Shown here piece by piece: positions 8,053-18,269 of a DNA stretch of 64,000 nt. The position numbers were made by a program, and so were the translations under genes. How positions within the stretch are numbered: position 1 is the first letter of the stretch; every line of letters starts with the position of its first letter. The DNA comes from an uncultured Gemmatimonadales bacterium (lineage in GTDB: Bacteria; Gemmatimonadota; Gemmatimonadetes; Gemmatimonadales; GWC2-71-9), in the NCBI GenBank assembly GCA_963798915.1, contig CAWCVB010000002.1, forward strand, positions 256,001-320,000, given 5' to 3'. The notes under the pieces were generated by a model, which saw only the letters and a program-made list of their open reading frames with translations, was not told the DNA's origin and did no database searches.

Positions 8053-10670
8053 CGGATACCGTCCACGGTGAACAGCCGAGACATGTAAGGGTACTCGTCG
8101 AACACATAGCTGTGCGGGTCGTCGGCCAGGCTGAGGAAGGCAACGGCCCGCACGTCGGTCAGGTCGCGCGGGATAATGTCCACGAGCGACTTGCGAGCGC
8201 CGGTGACGGGATTGACCCGATCAACGTGCAGCGGCGAGATCGCGTAGGGATTGGCCCAGACCCAGACCTCGTTCCCATCCGGGTTCCACCGGATCGGAAA
8301 ATCCTCGGCGCGGAAACCGAGAGCAGGCTCTGACGGGCCGCCGTCAGTCAGGTAGATCCTGAAGCTGTCCGCGATGGCCAGCACCCGGCTCCCGTCGGGT
8401 GACAGCCACCCGCGAGTCGTCCCCGGAGGGGTGACCGGAGTGATGGTGCCGGCGGGGAGGGTCTTGATGTAGCAGCGTGATGCCTGGTCTCGCTCCGCAG
8501 CGCAGAAGAAGACCGTGGAGTCTCGCGCAGTGACCGTGATGTAACCGGCATACGCGAGTGACTGGAACTGACCCGAGTCGAGCCGCTGTGCGCTGCCGGG
8601 GCCCGTCGGGTAGAGCATGAGCTTGGGCGGAGTGGAGAACACCAGTGCCAGGACGAGGCCGTTGTCGGCGGAAACGGCGGCCGGCTCACCTTCACCAAGC
8701 GGGATGGGAGGTGAGCCGTCGGTTCCGCGCCACAGCACCGTGTAATTGGGGCCGCCGAACGCGCCCTCGTCCGCAAACGCCAGGTACCGGCCGTCCCGGC
8801 TCATGTTCCCCACGGTGGACAGGTCACGGACACCCAAGGTCGTCTCTTCCGAGTCCCCCCGTCCTCGGCCAACCAGCACAAACGGCGTCTTGTCCTCGCT
8901 CACCAGCAGGCGGCCCGTCGGCGAGACATCCTGCACGATCAGGTTGCCGGCGCCGGACAGCACCAGCCGGTCTCGCCCGGAGCGGCTCAATGCACGGACC
9001 TGGTATTGGCTTCCTTGGCCGGTACCGGCGCCGGAATAGAAGATGCCGCTGCCGTCGGGCTGCCAGGCGATGCCCTCGAGGCCCCAGTGTTCGGGGGATT
9101 GCGCCACGGTACGGCCTGCGCGGTCGACGATGACAGCGGTTCCACGGTCGTCATACCTGCCCGGGTGATAGAAGTACGCCACCGCATCGCCCGACGGCGA
9201 CACGGCCGGGTCCGAGAGGTACCCGACCGACCGGGCGAGCACCGTATGCACGGGATACTCGAGCAGGTCGGTGCCGAGGCTGTCCCGGACAACTGCCATG
9301 CTCGTGTCATCGGGCGCCCAGTCGGCTTCCCGCACACCGGCCGCCAGCTCGCGCGGCGCCTCGCCTCCCAGTGACATGGTCGCAAGCGTGCCGAGGAACA
9401 GCCGGTGGGCGAGGTATTTCGCGTGGGTGAGTATCGCCAGCTTTCCACTCCTCGACACGCTCAGCAGGTGCGTCGAGTCCGGCCCGACCGCGACGGGATC
9501 GGGATGATCGGAACGGATCACGAGGAGCCGAGGGGTCTGGCCCACCGCCGGCATGGCGTCGTACACCATCGTCTGGCCATCGGGGGCAAACCGCGCATTG
9601 AAGATCGATTGTGACTCGAACGTCCACGGCGTGAAGCTCGGCACCGGCACTGACGTTCTCGAGTGGTTTGCGATCACGGCCAGCGTAACGGCCGCCACCA
9701 CAATGGCGGCGGCGGCCCACGACCAGGGGCTCCGAACCCAGCTCCGGAAGGTGCGGAGACTGGCACCTGCGGCGCTCAGTCCGGCCGCGGATTCGGTTGT
9801 GCTGAAGTGGAGATCGACCAGCGCCTCGGCGAAGGCCCTGGCGGAGTCGAAGCGATCGGCGGGCAGTTTCTCCAGCGCCTTGTCGAGGGCGGCCGCCACG
9901 TTGGGCGGCACATGCTTCCGCAGCGTCGTGACCGGTGCGGCGTCCTCCGCCACGATCTTCATGATGATCTGCTGCGCCGATGCGCCGGTATGGGGCGGAT
10001 TGCCGGTCAGCATCTCGAAGAGAACGGAGGCCAGCGAGTAGACGTCGCTCCGGGGACCGATCTCCTTGTCCGCGGTGGCCTGCTCGGGGCTCATGTAGTG
10101 GGGCGTGCCGAGACTCAGCCCGGTCTCGGTCATTCGCCCGCCAGCGGCGGCACTCACGGCCAGGGCGATCCCGAAGTCCGCCACCATCGCATGGCCGCCA
10201 TGCAACAGGATGTTCTCCGGCTTGACGTCGCGGTGGACGATCCCGTGCTCGTGGGCGTACTGGAGTGCGTCGAGCACTTCGCGCGCGATTCGCACGGCCT
10301 CATCGATTCCGAGTTGCGTCTCGCGATCGAGCCTGCTGCGGAGGGTCTCGCCGTCGATGAACGGCATGACATAGTAGAGCACGGTCGTCGGTCGACGGTC
10401 GTCGGTCGACGAGTCCATCGTGGCCGTTCCGGAATCGAAGAGAGGCAGAATATTGGGATGCTGGAGTGCTGCGGTGGTCTTGATCTCGACCACGAAGCGC
10501 TCGGCGCCGAGCACCGCGGCGAGCTCGGGCTTCAGCACCTTGATGGCGACCTCGCGGTCGTGCTTGAGGTCGTGGGCCAAGTAGACCGTGGCCATCCCGC
10601 CGGCCCCGAGCTCGCGCTCGAGGCGATAACGGTCCGACAGCGCGGCGGCGAGCCGGCTGAACCCGCTCAT
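8049..10670 (-). CDS. K4: Ser/Thr kinase - TM - beta-propeller (C-terminal module paralogous to that of K2)
   Basis: 873-aa ORF with intact kinase motifs; IFNARFAPDG...GPDSTHLL...LSDPAVSPSGDAVAY matches the K2 C-terminal module. Confidence 0.95.
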   Translation of the reverse strand: MSGFSRLAAALSDRYRLERELGAGGMATVYLAHDLKHDREVAIKVLKPELAAVLGAERFVVEIKTTAALQHPNILPLFDSGTATMDSSTDDRRPTTVLYYVMPFIDGETLRSRLDRETQLGIDEAVRIAREVLDALQYAHEHGIVHRDVKPENILLHGGHAMVADFGIALAVSAAAGGRMTETGLSLGTPHYMSPEQATADKEIGPRSDVYSLASVLFEMLTGNPPHTGASAQQIIMKIVAEDAAPVTTLRKHVPPNVAAALDKALEKLPADRFDSARAFAEALVDLHFSTTESAAGLSAAGASLRTFRSWVRSPWSWAAAAIVVAAVTLAVIANHSRTSVPVPSFTPWTFESQSIFNARFAPDGQTMVYDAMPAVGQTPRLLVIRSDHPDPVAVGPDSTHLLSVSRSGKLAILTHAKYLAHRLFLGTLATMSLGGEAPRELAAGVREADWAPDDTSMAVVRDSLGTDLLEYPVHTVLARSVGYLSDPAVSPSGDAVAYFYHPGRYDDRGTAVIVDRAGRTVAQSPEHWGLEGIAWQPDGSGIFYSGAGTGQGSQYQVRALSRSGRDRLVLSGAGNLIVQDVSPTGRLLVSEDKTPFVLVGRGRGDSEETTLGVRDLSTVGNMSRDGRYLAFADEGAFGGPNYTVLWRGTDGSPPIPLGEGEPAAVSADNGLVLALVFSTPPKLMLYPTGPGSAQRLDSGQFQSLAYAGYITVTARDSTVFFCAAERDQASRCYIKTLPAGTITPVTPPGTTRGWLSPDGSRVLAIADSFRIYLTDGGPSEPALGFRAEDFPIRWNPDGNEVWVWANPYAISPLHVDRVNPVTGARKSLVDIIPRDLTDVRAVAFLSLADDPHSYVFDEYPYMSRLFTVDGIR
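10383..10410. repeat. Tandem heptamer array (4 units) inside the K4 kinase domain
   Basis: ggtcgtc ggtcgac ggtcgtc ggtcgac, in the same loop as the K2, K7 and K15 arrays. Confidence 0.8.
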
Positions 10671-13327
10671 TCCTTCACCGTCGCCGCCAGAGCGGCGAAC
10701 CAGTGCTCCACCAGGACCACGCTCTGCCCGGCCAGTCCCGTTCTCCCCTTCTGCTGCTGAAACAGGAACGTGCGTTCCCCCGGCTCGACGACATACGCCT
10801 GGTGGAACGGATCGATCGTGAACCCGCCGGTTCCGAAGAGCGGGTGCACGCCGGCAACCTCAAGCGTCGGCCTGGCCTGGATCTGCGCCACCATGAGCCG
10901 GCTGCCGGTGGGGTCGACATAGAACAGCTCCGTTCCGTCGGACGACCATTCGGGCTGGTACCCGCCCCCGTTCGACACCTGCCAGCGGCCATCACCGGTA
11001 TTGGGAAAGGGACGGATGTACACCTCGTTCCTTCCTGATTCATTGGAGGCGTACGCCAGCCATTTCGAATCGGGCGACAGTGCGGGATTGAGTTCGGTGA
11101 ACGGGGTCGCCACCAGCGGGGCGGGCGTGGAGTCGCCGCCCAGGCGAACCCCGACCAGGTCTCCCGCGCCCGCGCTGCCGTTGTCGGTCCGCAGCAGCAG
11201 CCAGCGGCCATCGGCAGACCACTCCGCCTCCTGCACGGGGCGGTCGAGTTTGGCCAGGAGCCGGTCGGTGCCGGTGCCGTCGGCGGCACGGGCGTAGACA
11301 TTTCCGCCGTTGCCGCTGTCGCGGATGAAGGCGATGGCGCGGCCGTCGGGCGACCAGGTTGGGCGCCGGTCCTGCGCGCCGAAGGTGAGCCGCGTCAAGG
11401 GGCCGCGGTCGAGCTGCTTGACCCAGATGCTCAGCGCGCCGCTGCCGGGACCTGCACCCATCGCGAGCCGCCGCCCGTCCGGCGAGAGGGCCATCGAGTT
11501 GATTGCGGCGCTCCAGCCGGAATCGACCGGCGTCGCAATTCCCTCACGATTCACCCGCATCAGCTGCATCTCGGTACTGCCGGTGCCGCGGCGGTACATC
11601 ATGGCTCCCGCCGGAGACCAGGCCAGCATCGGTACCGGTCCCATGATCAGGACGTTTTGCAGCACCCGTACAGCCGTTCCGGTGACCTCGAGCTTGCCGA
11701 GGTCGAACGGTGCGGCGAGCGCGACGCCGTCGCGGCGAACGTACAGCAGCCGGCCGTCGGGCAGGTACCAGCCGCCAAAGGCGCCGTCCACCACAAGCTT
11801 CTGCCGGCCGGTTCGGAAATCGAGAGCATGCACGCTGGTGGTGAGGCACCCCGAGCTGCAAGCGCCGAAGAGCACGCCGCGCGCGCGGGGGAGGGGCTCG
11901 ATGTTGTACAGCCCGTATCCGGCCAGGGCGGAGTCGGCCATCACCAGCGACGACGCGCCGCCGTCGGCGCTGACTCGGCGCAGTTCGTTGCCGCTTCCAC
12001 CGGTGTAGACCAGCGTCCCGTCACTCAGCCAGGCGACCTTGAACTGCTGCGATGGCGCCGAATCGGCAACGGTGATCGGCGTGCCACCGGTGAGCCGAAT
12101 CTTCCTGAGCTGTCCGTCGGCCAGGAACGCGAGCCATTTCCCATCGGGCGAGAATGTCACGCCGTTCCCGCGCTGGGTCCCCGGGACCGAGACCGGATCG
12201 AGCTCGTCCTGGGACTTGATCCAGATCAGACCGTCCTGCCGGTCGTCCTTGAACGCCATGAGGCGGCCGTCGGGCGAGAAGGCCATCGATAGGATCGTGC
12301 TGCCGAGCCCCAGCGAATCGCCCAGGGTGATGTAGTTCCAGGCCGGTGCGGCCGGTTGCGGGCGGCCGAGCCAGCCCCACGCCGCCACCACGGCGGCCAG
12401 CACAACGACGGCCCACGGTGCGGCCGAGATCCAGCGTGAGCGCGCCGAACGCGGCCGCGCCGCGCCGGTCGCCCAGGCGTCCGGCTCCGCCCCCCGGCCG
12501 TTCAGCGCATCGGCGAACTCCGCCGCGCTGGCGAACCGGTCGGCCGGCAACTTCTCCAGCGCTTTATTGGTGGCCCACTCGACGCGGGGCGGGACCGACT
12601 TCCGCTGCAACGTGAGCGAGCGGGGCTCCTCGGTCATGACCCGGGCGACGATGGCCTGCGCGGTGGGGCCGGTGAACGGGGGCTCGCCCACCAGCATTTC
12701 ATAGGTGACCGCACCGAGCGCGTAGACGTCCGAGCGGGGGCCGATCTCACGTTCGCCCATCGCCTGCTCGGGCGACATGTACGTCGGCGTGCCGAGCGAC
12801 ATCCCCGTCTCGGTCATGCGGGTGCCACCGCCGGCACTGCTCACGGCCAGCGCGATTCCGAAATCGGCCACCAGCGCGTTGCCGTCGTGCAGGAGGATAT
12901 TTTCCGGCTTGATGTCGCGGTGGATGACGCCGTGGCGGTGCGCGTAGTCGAGGGCGGCGGCCACCTCGGTGGCAATTCGCACGGCCTCGGCGACCGCGAG
13001 CTGCTTTTCGCGGGTGAGCCGGTCGCGGAGACTTTCCCCTTCGACGTAGGGCATGACGTAGTACGCCGTTCCGTCCACCTCGCCCGAATCGATCAAGCCG
13101 AGAATGTGGGGGTGCTGCAGGGCGGCGATGGTCTGAATTTCCCGCACGAAGCGATCGGCCCCGATCACCGCCGCGAGTTCCGGCCGCAGCACCTTGATGG
13201 CCACCTGCCGCCGATGCCTCAGATCCTCTGCCAGATATACCGTGGCCATCCCGCCGGCCCCGAGTTCGCGCTCGACGCCATAACGGTCCGACAGCGCGGC
13301 GGCGAGCCGTGCCAAGGGGTCCCTCAG
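10667..13327 (-). CDS. K5: Ser/Thr kinase - TM - TolB/PD40-like beta-propeller
   Basis: ORF 10667..13315 (TTG start) has intact kinase motifs and SPDG repeats. Start proposed at CTG 13327: AGGAG lies 5 nt upstream, and the product MRDPLARLAAALSDRY matches the paralogs. Confidence 0.92.
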   Translation of the reverse strand: MRDPLARLAAALSDRYGVERELGAGGMATVYLAEDLRHRRQVAIKVLRPELAAVIGADRFVREIQTIAALQHPHILGLIDSGEVDGTAYYVMPYVEGESLRDRLTREKQLAVAEAVRIATEVAAALDYAHRHGVIHRDIKPENILLHDGNALVADFGIALAVSSAGGGTRMTETGMSLGTPTYMSPEQAMGEREIGPRSDVYALGAVTYEMLVGEPPFTGPTAQAIVARVMTEEPRSLTLQRKSVPPRVEWATNKALEKLPADRFASAAEFADALNGRGAEPDAWATGAARPRSARSRWISAAPWAVVVLAAVVAAWGWLGRPQPAAPAWNYITLGDSLGLGSTILSMAFSPDGRLMAFKDDRQDGLIWIKSQDELDPVSVPGTQRGNGVTFSPDGKWLAFLADGQLRKIRLTGGTPITVADSAPSQQFKVAWLSDGTLVYTGGSGNELRRVSADGGASSLVMADSALAGYGLYNIEPLPRARGVLFGACSSGCLTTSVHALDFRTGRQKLVVDGAFGGWYLPDGRLLYVRRDGVALAAPFDLGKLEVTGTAVRVLQNVLIMGPVPMLAWSPAGAMMYRRGTGSTEMQLMRVNREGIATPVDSGWSAAINSMALSPDGRRLAMGAGPGSGALSIWVKQLDRGPLTRLTFGAQDRRPTWSPDGRAIAFIRDSGNGGNVYARAADGTGTDRLLAKLDRPVQEAEWSADGRWLLLRTDNGSAGAGDLVGVRLGGDSTPAPLVATPFTELNPALSPDSKWLAYASNESGRNEVYIRPFPNTGDGRWQVSNGGGYQPEWSSDGTELFYVDPTGSRLMVAQIQARPTLEVAGVHPLFGTGGFTIDPFHQAYVVEPGERTFLFQQQKGRTGLAGQSVVLVEHWFAALAATVKE

Positions 13328-13601
13328 GTGTACTCCTGATCGGTGATCTGGAACAATACGTCCGTCTGGCCGGAGCGGCTACCACTCCTGGCCCACAGCG
13401 CCCTTCCGTCCCTCGAACCTGGCGAGTGAGCATTCGGCGGTGTTTCCGGACGCTGGCCATCCTCGACGGGTGTCAAAGGCTTATTATTGAGACTGATGGA
13501 AGACACCATCAGACAGCCGCTTCGAATTTCCATTCGTCACCATCCCCGCCCGCCCGGTCCCGGGGAAGTGCGTCGCTGACTCCTGTTCCAAGGCGGTAGG
13601 C

Positions 13602-15389
13602 ATGGCTGCAACCGACGTTTCACATCCCGACTACTACCACAAGGTGGTTGACTGCCAGTGGGCCTGTCCGGCCCACACCAACGTCCCCGGCTACCTCCGG
13701 CTGATCGCGCTGGGCCGCTACGACGACGCCTACATGCTCAACCGGGAGTCGAACGTCTTCCCGGGAATCCTGGGCCGCACCTGCGACCGCCCCTGCGAGC
13801 CGGCCTGCCGCCGGGGCCGGATCGACGACAAGCCGGTCGCGATTTGCCGCCTCAAGCGGGTCGCTGCCGACCGCCGCGGCGACATCACCGATCGCCTCCC
13901 GACCGGCGCCAGCGAGAAGAACGGCAAGCGGATCGCCTGTGTGGGTGCCGGCCCGGCCTCGCTTACGGTGGCCAACGACCTCCTCCCGCTGGGCTACGAG
14001 GTCACCATCTTCGAGCAGAACCCGACGCCCGGCGGCCTGATGCGGATCAACATTCCCGCATTCCGCCTCCCCCATCAGGTGCTGGATGAGGAATGTGACT
14101 ACGTGATCCGGATGGGCGCCGGGATGCGCTACGACACCCCGATCACCAGCATGAAGGCGCTGCTCGAGGAGGGCTACGACGCGGTGTTTGTGGGGAGCGG
14201 GGCGCCCAAGGGGAAAGAACTCGACCTTCCCGGCCGCTGGGACGCGCCCGACCAGGTCCACATCGGGATCGAGTGGCTCGCCAACATCCACTTCGGTCAC
14301 GTGACCGCAATCGAGCCGCGGGTGCTGATCATCGGTGTCGGCAACACCGCCATGGACTGCTGCCGCAGTGCCAAGCGCCTCGGCGCCACCGACGTGAAGG
14401 TGATCGCGCGGCGCGGCCGCAAGCACTTCAAGGCGTCGCCCTGGGAGCTGGAGGATGCCGAGGAGGAGCTGGTCGAGATCATCGAGAACCACCAGCCAAG
14501 CCGGTTCGTGGTCGAGGACGGCCGGCTCACCGGGCTGGAATTCGACGTGCTCGAGTGGGCCGAGGACGAGACCGGCCGGCAGCGGAGCAGGGTGCTCCGG
14601 CAGGAAGTCATTCCCTGCGACGCGGTGGTGCTCGCGATCGGCCAGGACAACGCCTTTCCGTGGATCGAGCGTGACGTCGGGATCGAGTTTGGCGAGTGGG
14701 AGATGCCGGTGGTGGACCGCACCACCTTCCAGTCCACGCGGCCCGGCATCTTCTTCGGCGGTGACGCGGCATGGGGCCCGGAGAACATCATCTGGGCCGT
14801 GGCCCACGGGCACGAAGCGGCGATCTCGATTCACGCGCACTGCGAGGGCCGCAACCTGCCCGACCGGCCGCCGCAGGGGATGACGCTGGCAAGCGCCAAG
14901 GTGGGGATGCAGAGCTGGTCATACGACAACGATTACGATCCCGACAAGCGCCAGCGGATGACCCATGAGGACCTCTCGACCCGGTTCCGCGACATCGGCA
15001 TCGAGGTGGAGCTGGGCTTCACCCCCGAGCAGGCGGCGATCGAAGTGCAGCGCTGCCTCAACTGCGACATCCAGACCCACTTCACGGCACCGCTCTGCAT
15101 CGAGTGCGACGCCTGTGTCGATGTCTGCCCCACCCGCTGCCTCACCATCACGACCAACGACTCACCCATCGACGAGTTGCGCCAGCGGCTCTCGGCACCG
15201 GCGCTGAACCTGGCCCAGGAGATCTACGTCTCCGGCGCGCTGCCACAGACCCGCCGGGTGATGGTCAAGGACGAGGACGTGTGTGTGCACTGCGGCCTCT
15301 GCGCCGAGCGGTGCCCCACCGCGGCGTGGGACATGCGAACGTTCGACCTGCAGCTGCCCTACGCGGGGCACGAGGCAATGGCACGATGA
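13602..15389 (+). CDS. FAD-dependent NAD(P)H:ferredoxin oxidoreductase, GltD-like, with C-terminal 4Fe-4S motifs
   Basis: CQWACP, GRTCDRPCEPAC, GAGPA and GVGNTAMD nucleotide-binding motifs, RCLNC, CIECDACVDVCP and CVHCGLCAERCP. Confidence 0.92.
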   Translation: MAATDVSHPDYYHKVVDCQWACPAHTNVPGYLRLIALGRYDDAYMLNRESNVFPGILGRTCDRPCEPACRRGRIDDKPVAICRLKRVAADRRGDITDRLPTGASEKNGKRIACVGAGPASLTVANDLLPLGYEVTIFEQNPTPGGLMRINIPAFRLPHQVLDEECDYVIRMGAGMRYDTPITSMKALLEEGYDAVFVGSGAPKGKELDLPGRWDAPDQVHIGIEWLANIHFGHVTAIEPRVLIIGVGNTAMDCCRSAKRLGATDVKVIARRGRKHFKASPWELEDAEEELVEIIENHQPSRFVVEDGRLTGLEFDVLEWAEDETGRQRSRVLRQEVIPCDAVVLAIGQDNAFPWIERDVGIEFGEWEMPVVDRTTFQSTRPGIFFGGDAAWGPENIIWAVAHGHEAAISIHAHCEGRNLPDRPPQGMTLASAKVGMQSWSYDNDYDPDKRQRMTHEDLSTRFRDIGIEVELGFTPEQAAIEVQRCLNCDIQTHFTAPLCIECDACVDVCPTRCLTITTNDSPIDELRQRLSAPALNLAQEIYVSGALPQTRRVMVKDEDVCVHCGLCAERCPTAAWDMRTFDLQLPYAGHEAMAR

Positions 15390-17185
15390 GCGGCATCAAC
15401 GACTTCGCGTTCAAGATCGGCACCGTCAACGGCACCGGCTCCGCCAGCGCCAATTCCCTGCTGATGCAGGCCATCTTCCGGATGGGAATCCCGGTGACGG
15501 GCAAGAATGTCTTCCCGAGCAACATCCAGGGGCTGCCCACCTGGTATGAAATGCGGGTCAGCGGCGACGGCTGGACCGCGCGGCCGTCGGCACTCGACCT
15601 GATGGTGGCGCTCAACCCGGCGACGTACGACCGGGACATCGCAGCGGTGCGGCCGGGCGGCTTCTTTCTCTACGACTCGAGCTGGCCGCTCGATCCCGGC
15701 CTGGTGCGCGAACATGTCACGATCCTCGGCGTGCCGTTCGGGCGGATGTGCGTGGAGGCATTCGAGCGCGACCGGGACCGCACCCTGATGCGCAACATCG
15801 TGTACGCCGGCGCGCTGGCGGCGCTGCTCGACATCGACATGGAGGTCGTGGCCGGGATGCTGGATGAGAAGTTCGCGAAGAAGCAGCGGCTCCTCGACGC
15901 CAACCACCAGGCGATCCGGATGGGATACGACTACACCCGCGAGCATTGCGACTGCCCGCTGCCGTTCCACCTGCAGCGAATGAACGGGACCAGCGACCAC
16001 GTGCTGCTGGACGGCAACACCGCCTGCGCCCTCGGTGCGGTCTATGCCGGCGCGACGGTCGGGGCCTGGTATCCGATCACCCCGTCGACATCGCTGATGG
16101 AGGCGTTCACCGCATTCTGCCGGGAGTTCCGGACCGACCCGGTCACCGGCGAGCACCGCTACGCGATCGTGCAGGCCGAGGACGAGCTGGCGGCCGCCGG
16201 GATCGCGATCGGGGCGGGGTGGGCCGGCGCCAGGGCGTTCACCAACACCTCCGGGCCCGGGATCTCGCTGATGCAGGAGTTCATCGGGCTCGCCTACTAT
16301 ACCGAAATTCCGGCGGTCTTCTTTGACATCCAGCGCTGCGGTCCGTCAACCGGGATGCCGACGCGGACGCAGCAGGGCGACCTGCTGATGCTGGCCTATG
16401 CCTCGCACGGCGACACCAGGCACCCGGTGCTCTACCCGGCCAACCCGGCAGAGTGCTTCGAGATGAGCGTCAAGGCGTTCGATATCGCCGAGCGCTTCCA
16501 GACGCCGGTGTTCGTCGCCTCCGACCTCGACATCGGGATGAACGACTGGATGACGCCGCGGCTGGGCTGGAACGACGACTATCGCCCGGATCGGGGCAAG
16601 GTGCTCGATGCTGCCGCGCTCGAGGCGCTGCCCCGCTTTTCCCGCTACCTGGATGTTGATGGTGACGGGATTGCGGCCCGGACCCTGCCTGGAGTCGGGG
16701 CCAAGGGGGCCTACTTCGTGCGCGGCTCGGGTCATGACAAGCACGCCGGGTACACCGAGGACGCCGACGCGTACCAGGAAGTGGTCGACCGGCTCAAGCG
16801 CAAGGTCGACGGCGCGGCGGCGGCGGTGCCGGCACCGGTGTTCGACCGGGAACCGGGCGCCACCATCGGCCTGGTGACGATCGGCGGTTGTGATGCGGCG
16901 GTGCGCGAGGCGGTGGCGACGCTCCGCTTGCAGGGGCTCCGGCTCGACCTGATGCGGATCCGCGGCTTCCCGTTCAGCGGCGAGGTGGCGGCGTTCCTGG
17001 CCGAGCACGACCAGCTCTTCGTGATCGAGCAGAACCGCGACGCGCAGTTGCGGTCGCTGCTCGCGATCGAGCTCGGGATCCCGCGCGACCGGATGACACC
17101 GGTGCTCGACTACGGCGGCCTGCCGCTCCCTGCGCAGGTGGTGATCGACGCGCTCTCCCGCACCGTGACGGAGGTGGCGGCATGA
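15386..17185 (+). CDS. korA: 2-oxoacid:ferredoxin oxidoreductase alpha subunit
   Basis: Starts MSGINDFAFKIGTVNGTGS at an ATGA overlap; WYPITPSTS, QAEDELAA, TSGPGISLMQE, QRCGPSTGMPT. Substrate specificity cannot be determined. Confidence 0.9.
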   Translation: MSGINDFAFKIGTVNGTGSASANSLLMQAIFRMGIPVTGKNVFPSNIQGLPTWYEMRVSGDGWTARPSALDLMVALNPATYDRDIAAVRPGGFFLYDSSWPLDPGLVREHVTILGVPFGRMCVEAFERDRDRTLMRNIVYAGALAALLDIDMEVVAGMLDEKFAKKQRLLDANHQAIRMGYDYTREHCDCPLPFHLQRMNGTSDHVLLDGNTACALGAVYAGATVGAWYPITPSTSLMEAFTAFCREFRTDPVTGEHRYAIVQAEDELAAAGIAIGAGWAGARAFTNTSGPGISLMQEFIGLAYYTEIPAVFFDIQRCGPSTGMPTRTQQGDLLMLAYASHGDTRHPVLYPANPAECFEMSVKAFDIAERFQTPVFVASDLDIGMNDWMTPRLGWNDDYRPDRGKVLDAAALEALPRFSRYLDVDGDGIAARTLPGVGAKGAYFVRGSGHDKHAGYTEDADAYQEVVDRLKRKVDGAAAAVPAPVFDREPGATIGLVTIGGCDAAVREAVATLRLQGLRLDLMRIRGFPFSGEVAAFLAEHDQLFVIEQNRDAQLRSLLAIELGIPRDRMTPVLDYGGLPLPAQVVIDALSRTVTEVAA

Positions 17186-18240
17186 GCTCGATCGCGAAGC
17201 CCCCCGTCTTCCATCCCAGCGCGCGCACCAACGCGCTTGGCCTCCAACTGCGCGACTACGAGGGGGGGATGTCGACCCTCTGTGCCGGGTGCGGGCATGA
17301 CTCGGTGACGGCAGCGCTGATCCAGGCGGCGTGGGAGCTGGCGATCCCGCCCCAGATGGCCGCCAAGATGAGCGGCATCGGCTGCTCGGCCAAGACCACC
17401 GCCTACTTCATGAAGCAGTCGCACGGCTTCAACAGCGTGCACGGCCGGATGCCGGCCGTCACCACCGGCGCGGCGGCGGCCAACCGCCAGCTGGTGTGCA
17501 TCGGTGTCTCGGGTGACGGCGACTCGCTGTCGATCGGCCTGGGACAGATGTGCCACGCAATCCGCCGCAACGTGAACATGCTTTATGTGCTCGACAACAA
17601 CGGCGTCTACGGCCTCACCAAGGGGCAGTTCTCCGCGTCGGCCGACGTGGGATCCAAGTCGAAGAAGGGCGAGGCCAACCTGCAGGCGCCGATTGACCCG
17701 GTGCTGCTGGGGCTGTCCCTGGGCGCGACCTTCGTGGCGCGATCGTTTTCGGGCGACAAGCGGCAGCTGGTGCCGATCCTCAAGGCGGGAATCGCCCATC
17801 GCGGCCTGGCGCTGGTGGACGTGATCTCGCCCTGCGTGACCTTCAACGATCACGAGGGGAGCACCAAGAGCTACGCGTACACCCGCACCCACGAGATCGA
17901 GGCGGTGGCGACCGACTTTGTTCCGCTGCAGCAGGAAATCACCGTGGCTCCCGGCGACGCGAAGGTGTTCGAGGTGCCCATGCACGACGGCACCCGGGTG
18001 CGACTCCGCCCCACCACCGACGACTACGATCCCACCGACCGCACCTCCGCCTACGCCCACGTGCGCGCCTGCCAGGCCCGGGGCGAGATCGCCACGGGCC
18101 TGTTGTTCGTGGATGAGTCGAGCGGCCGGGAAATGTGTGACGGGCTCCACCTGCCGGCCGCGCCACTGCACGACCTTCCTTACGAGACGCTCTGTCCCGG
18201 GAGCACAGCGCTCGACGAGCTGATGGGGCGGTATCGCTAG
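17182..18240 (+). CDS. korB: 2-oxoacid:ferredoxin oxidoreductase beta subunit (TPP-binding)
   Basis: LCAGCGH, SGIGCS, HGR, GDGD...DNNGVYGLTKGQFS, SPCVTFN. Confidence 0.92.
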   Translation: MSSIAKPPVFHPSARTNALGLQLRDYEGGMSTLCAGCGHDSVTAALIQAAWELAIPPQMAAKMSGIGCSAKTTAYFMKQSHGFNSVHGRMPAVTTGAAAANRQLVCIGVSGDGDSLSIGLGQMCHAIRRNVNMLYVLDNNGVYGLTKGQFSASADVGSKSKKGEANLQAPIDPVLLGLSLGATFVARSFSGDKRQLVPILKAGIAHRGLALVDVISPCVTFNDHEGSTKSYAYTRTHEIEAVATDFVPLQQEITVAPGDAKVFEVPMHDGTRVRLRPTTDDYDPTDRTSAYAHVRACQARGEIATGLLFVDESSGREMCDGLHLPAAPLHDLPYETLCPGSTALDELMGRYR

Positions 18241-18269
18241 GAGCGACCAGCTTGAGCGTCAGTCATGAT

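Noticed and set aside
13324..13533. 69-aa ORF upstream of K5
   Set aside because: No recognisable motif, and it lies in a divergent promoter region; only its stop position at the CTGA junction is noted.
15104..15385. Upstream extensions of ORF-track starts (15104, 33230, 33471, 39746, 47888, 58989)
   Set aside because: They overlap neighbouring genes; downstream starts with an RBS, an ATGA/GTGA overlap or a family-typical N-terminus fit better.
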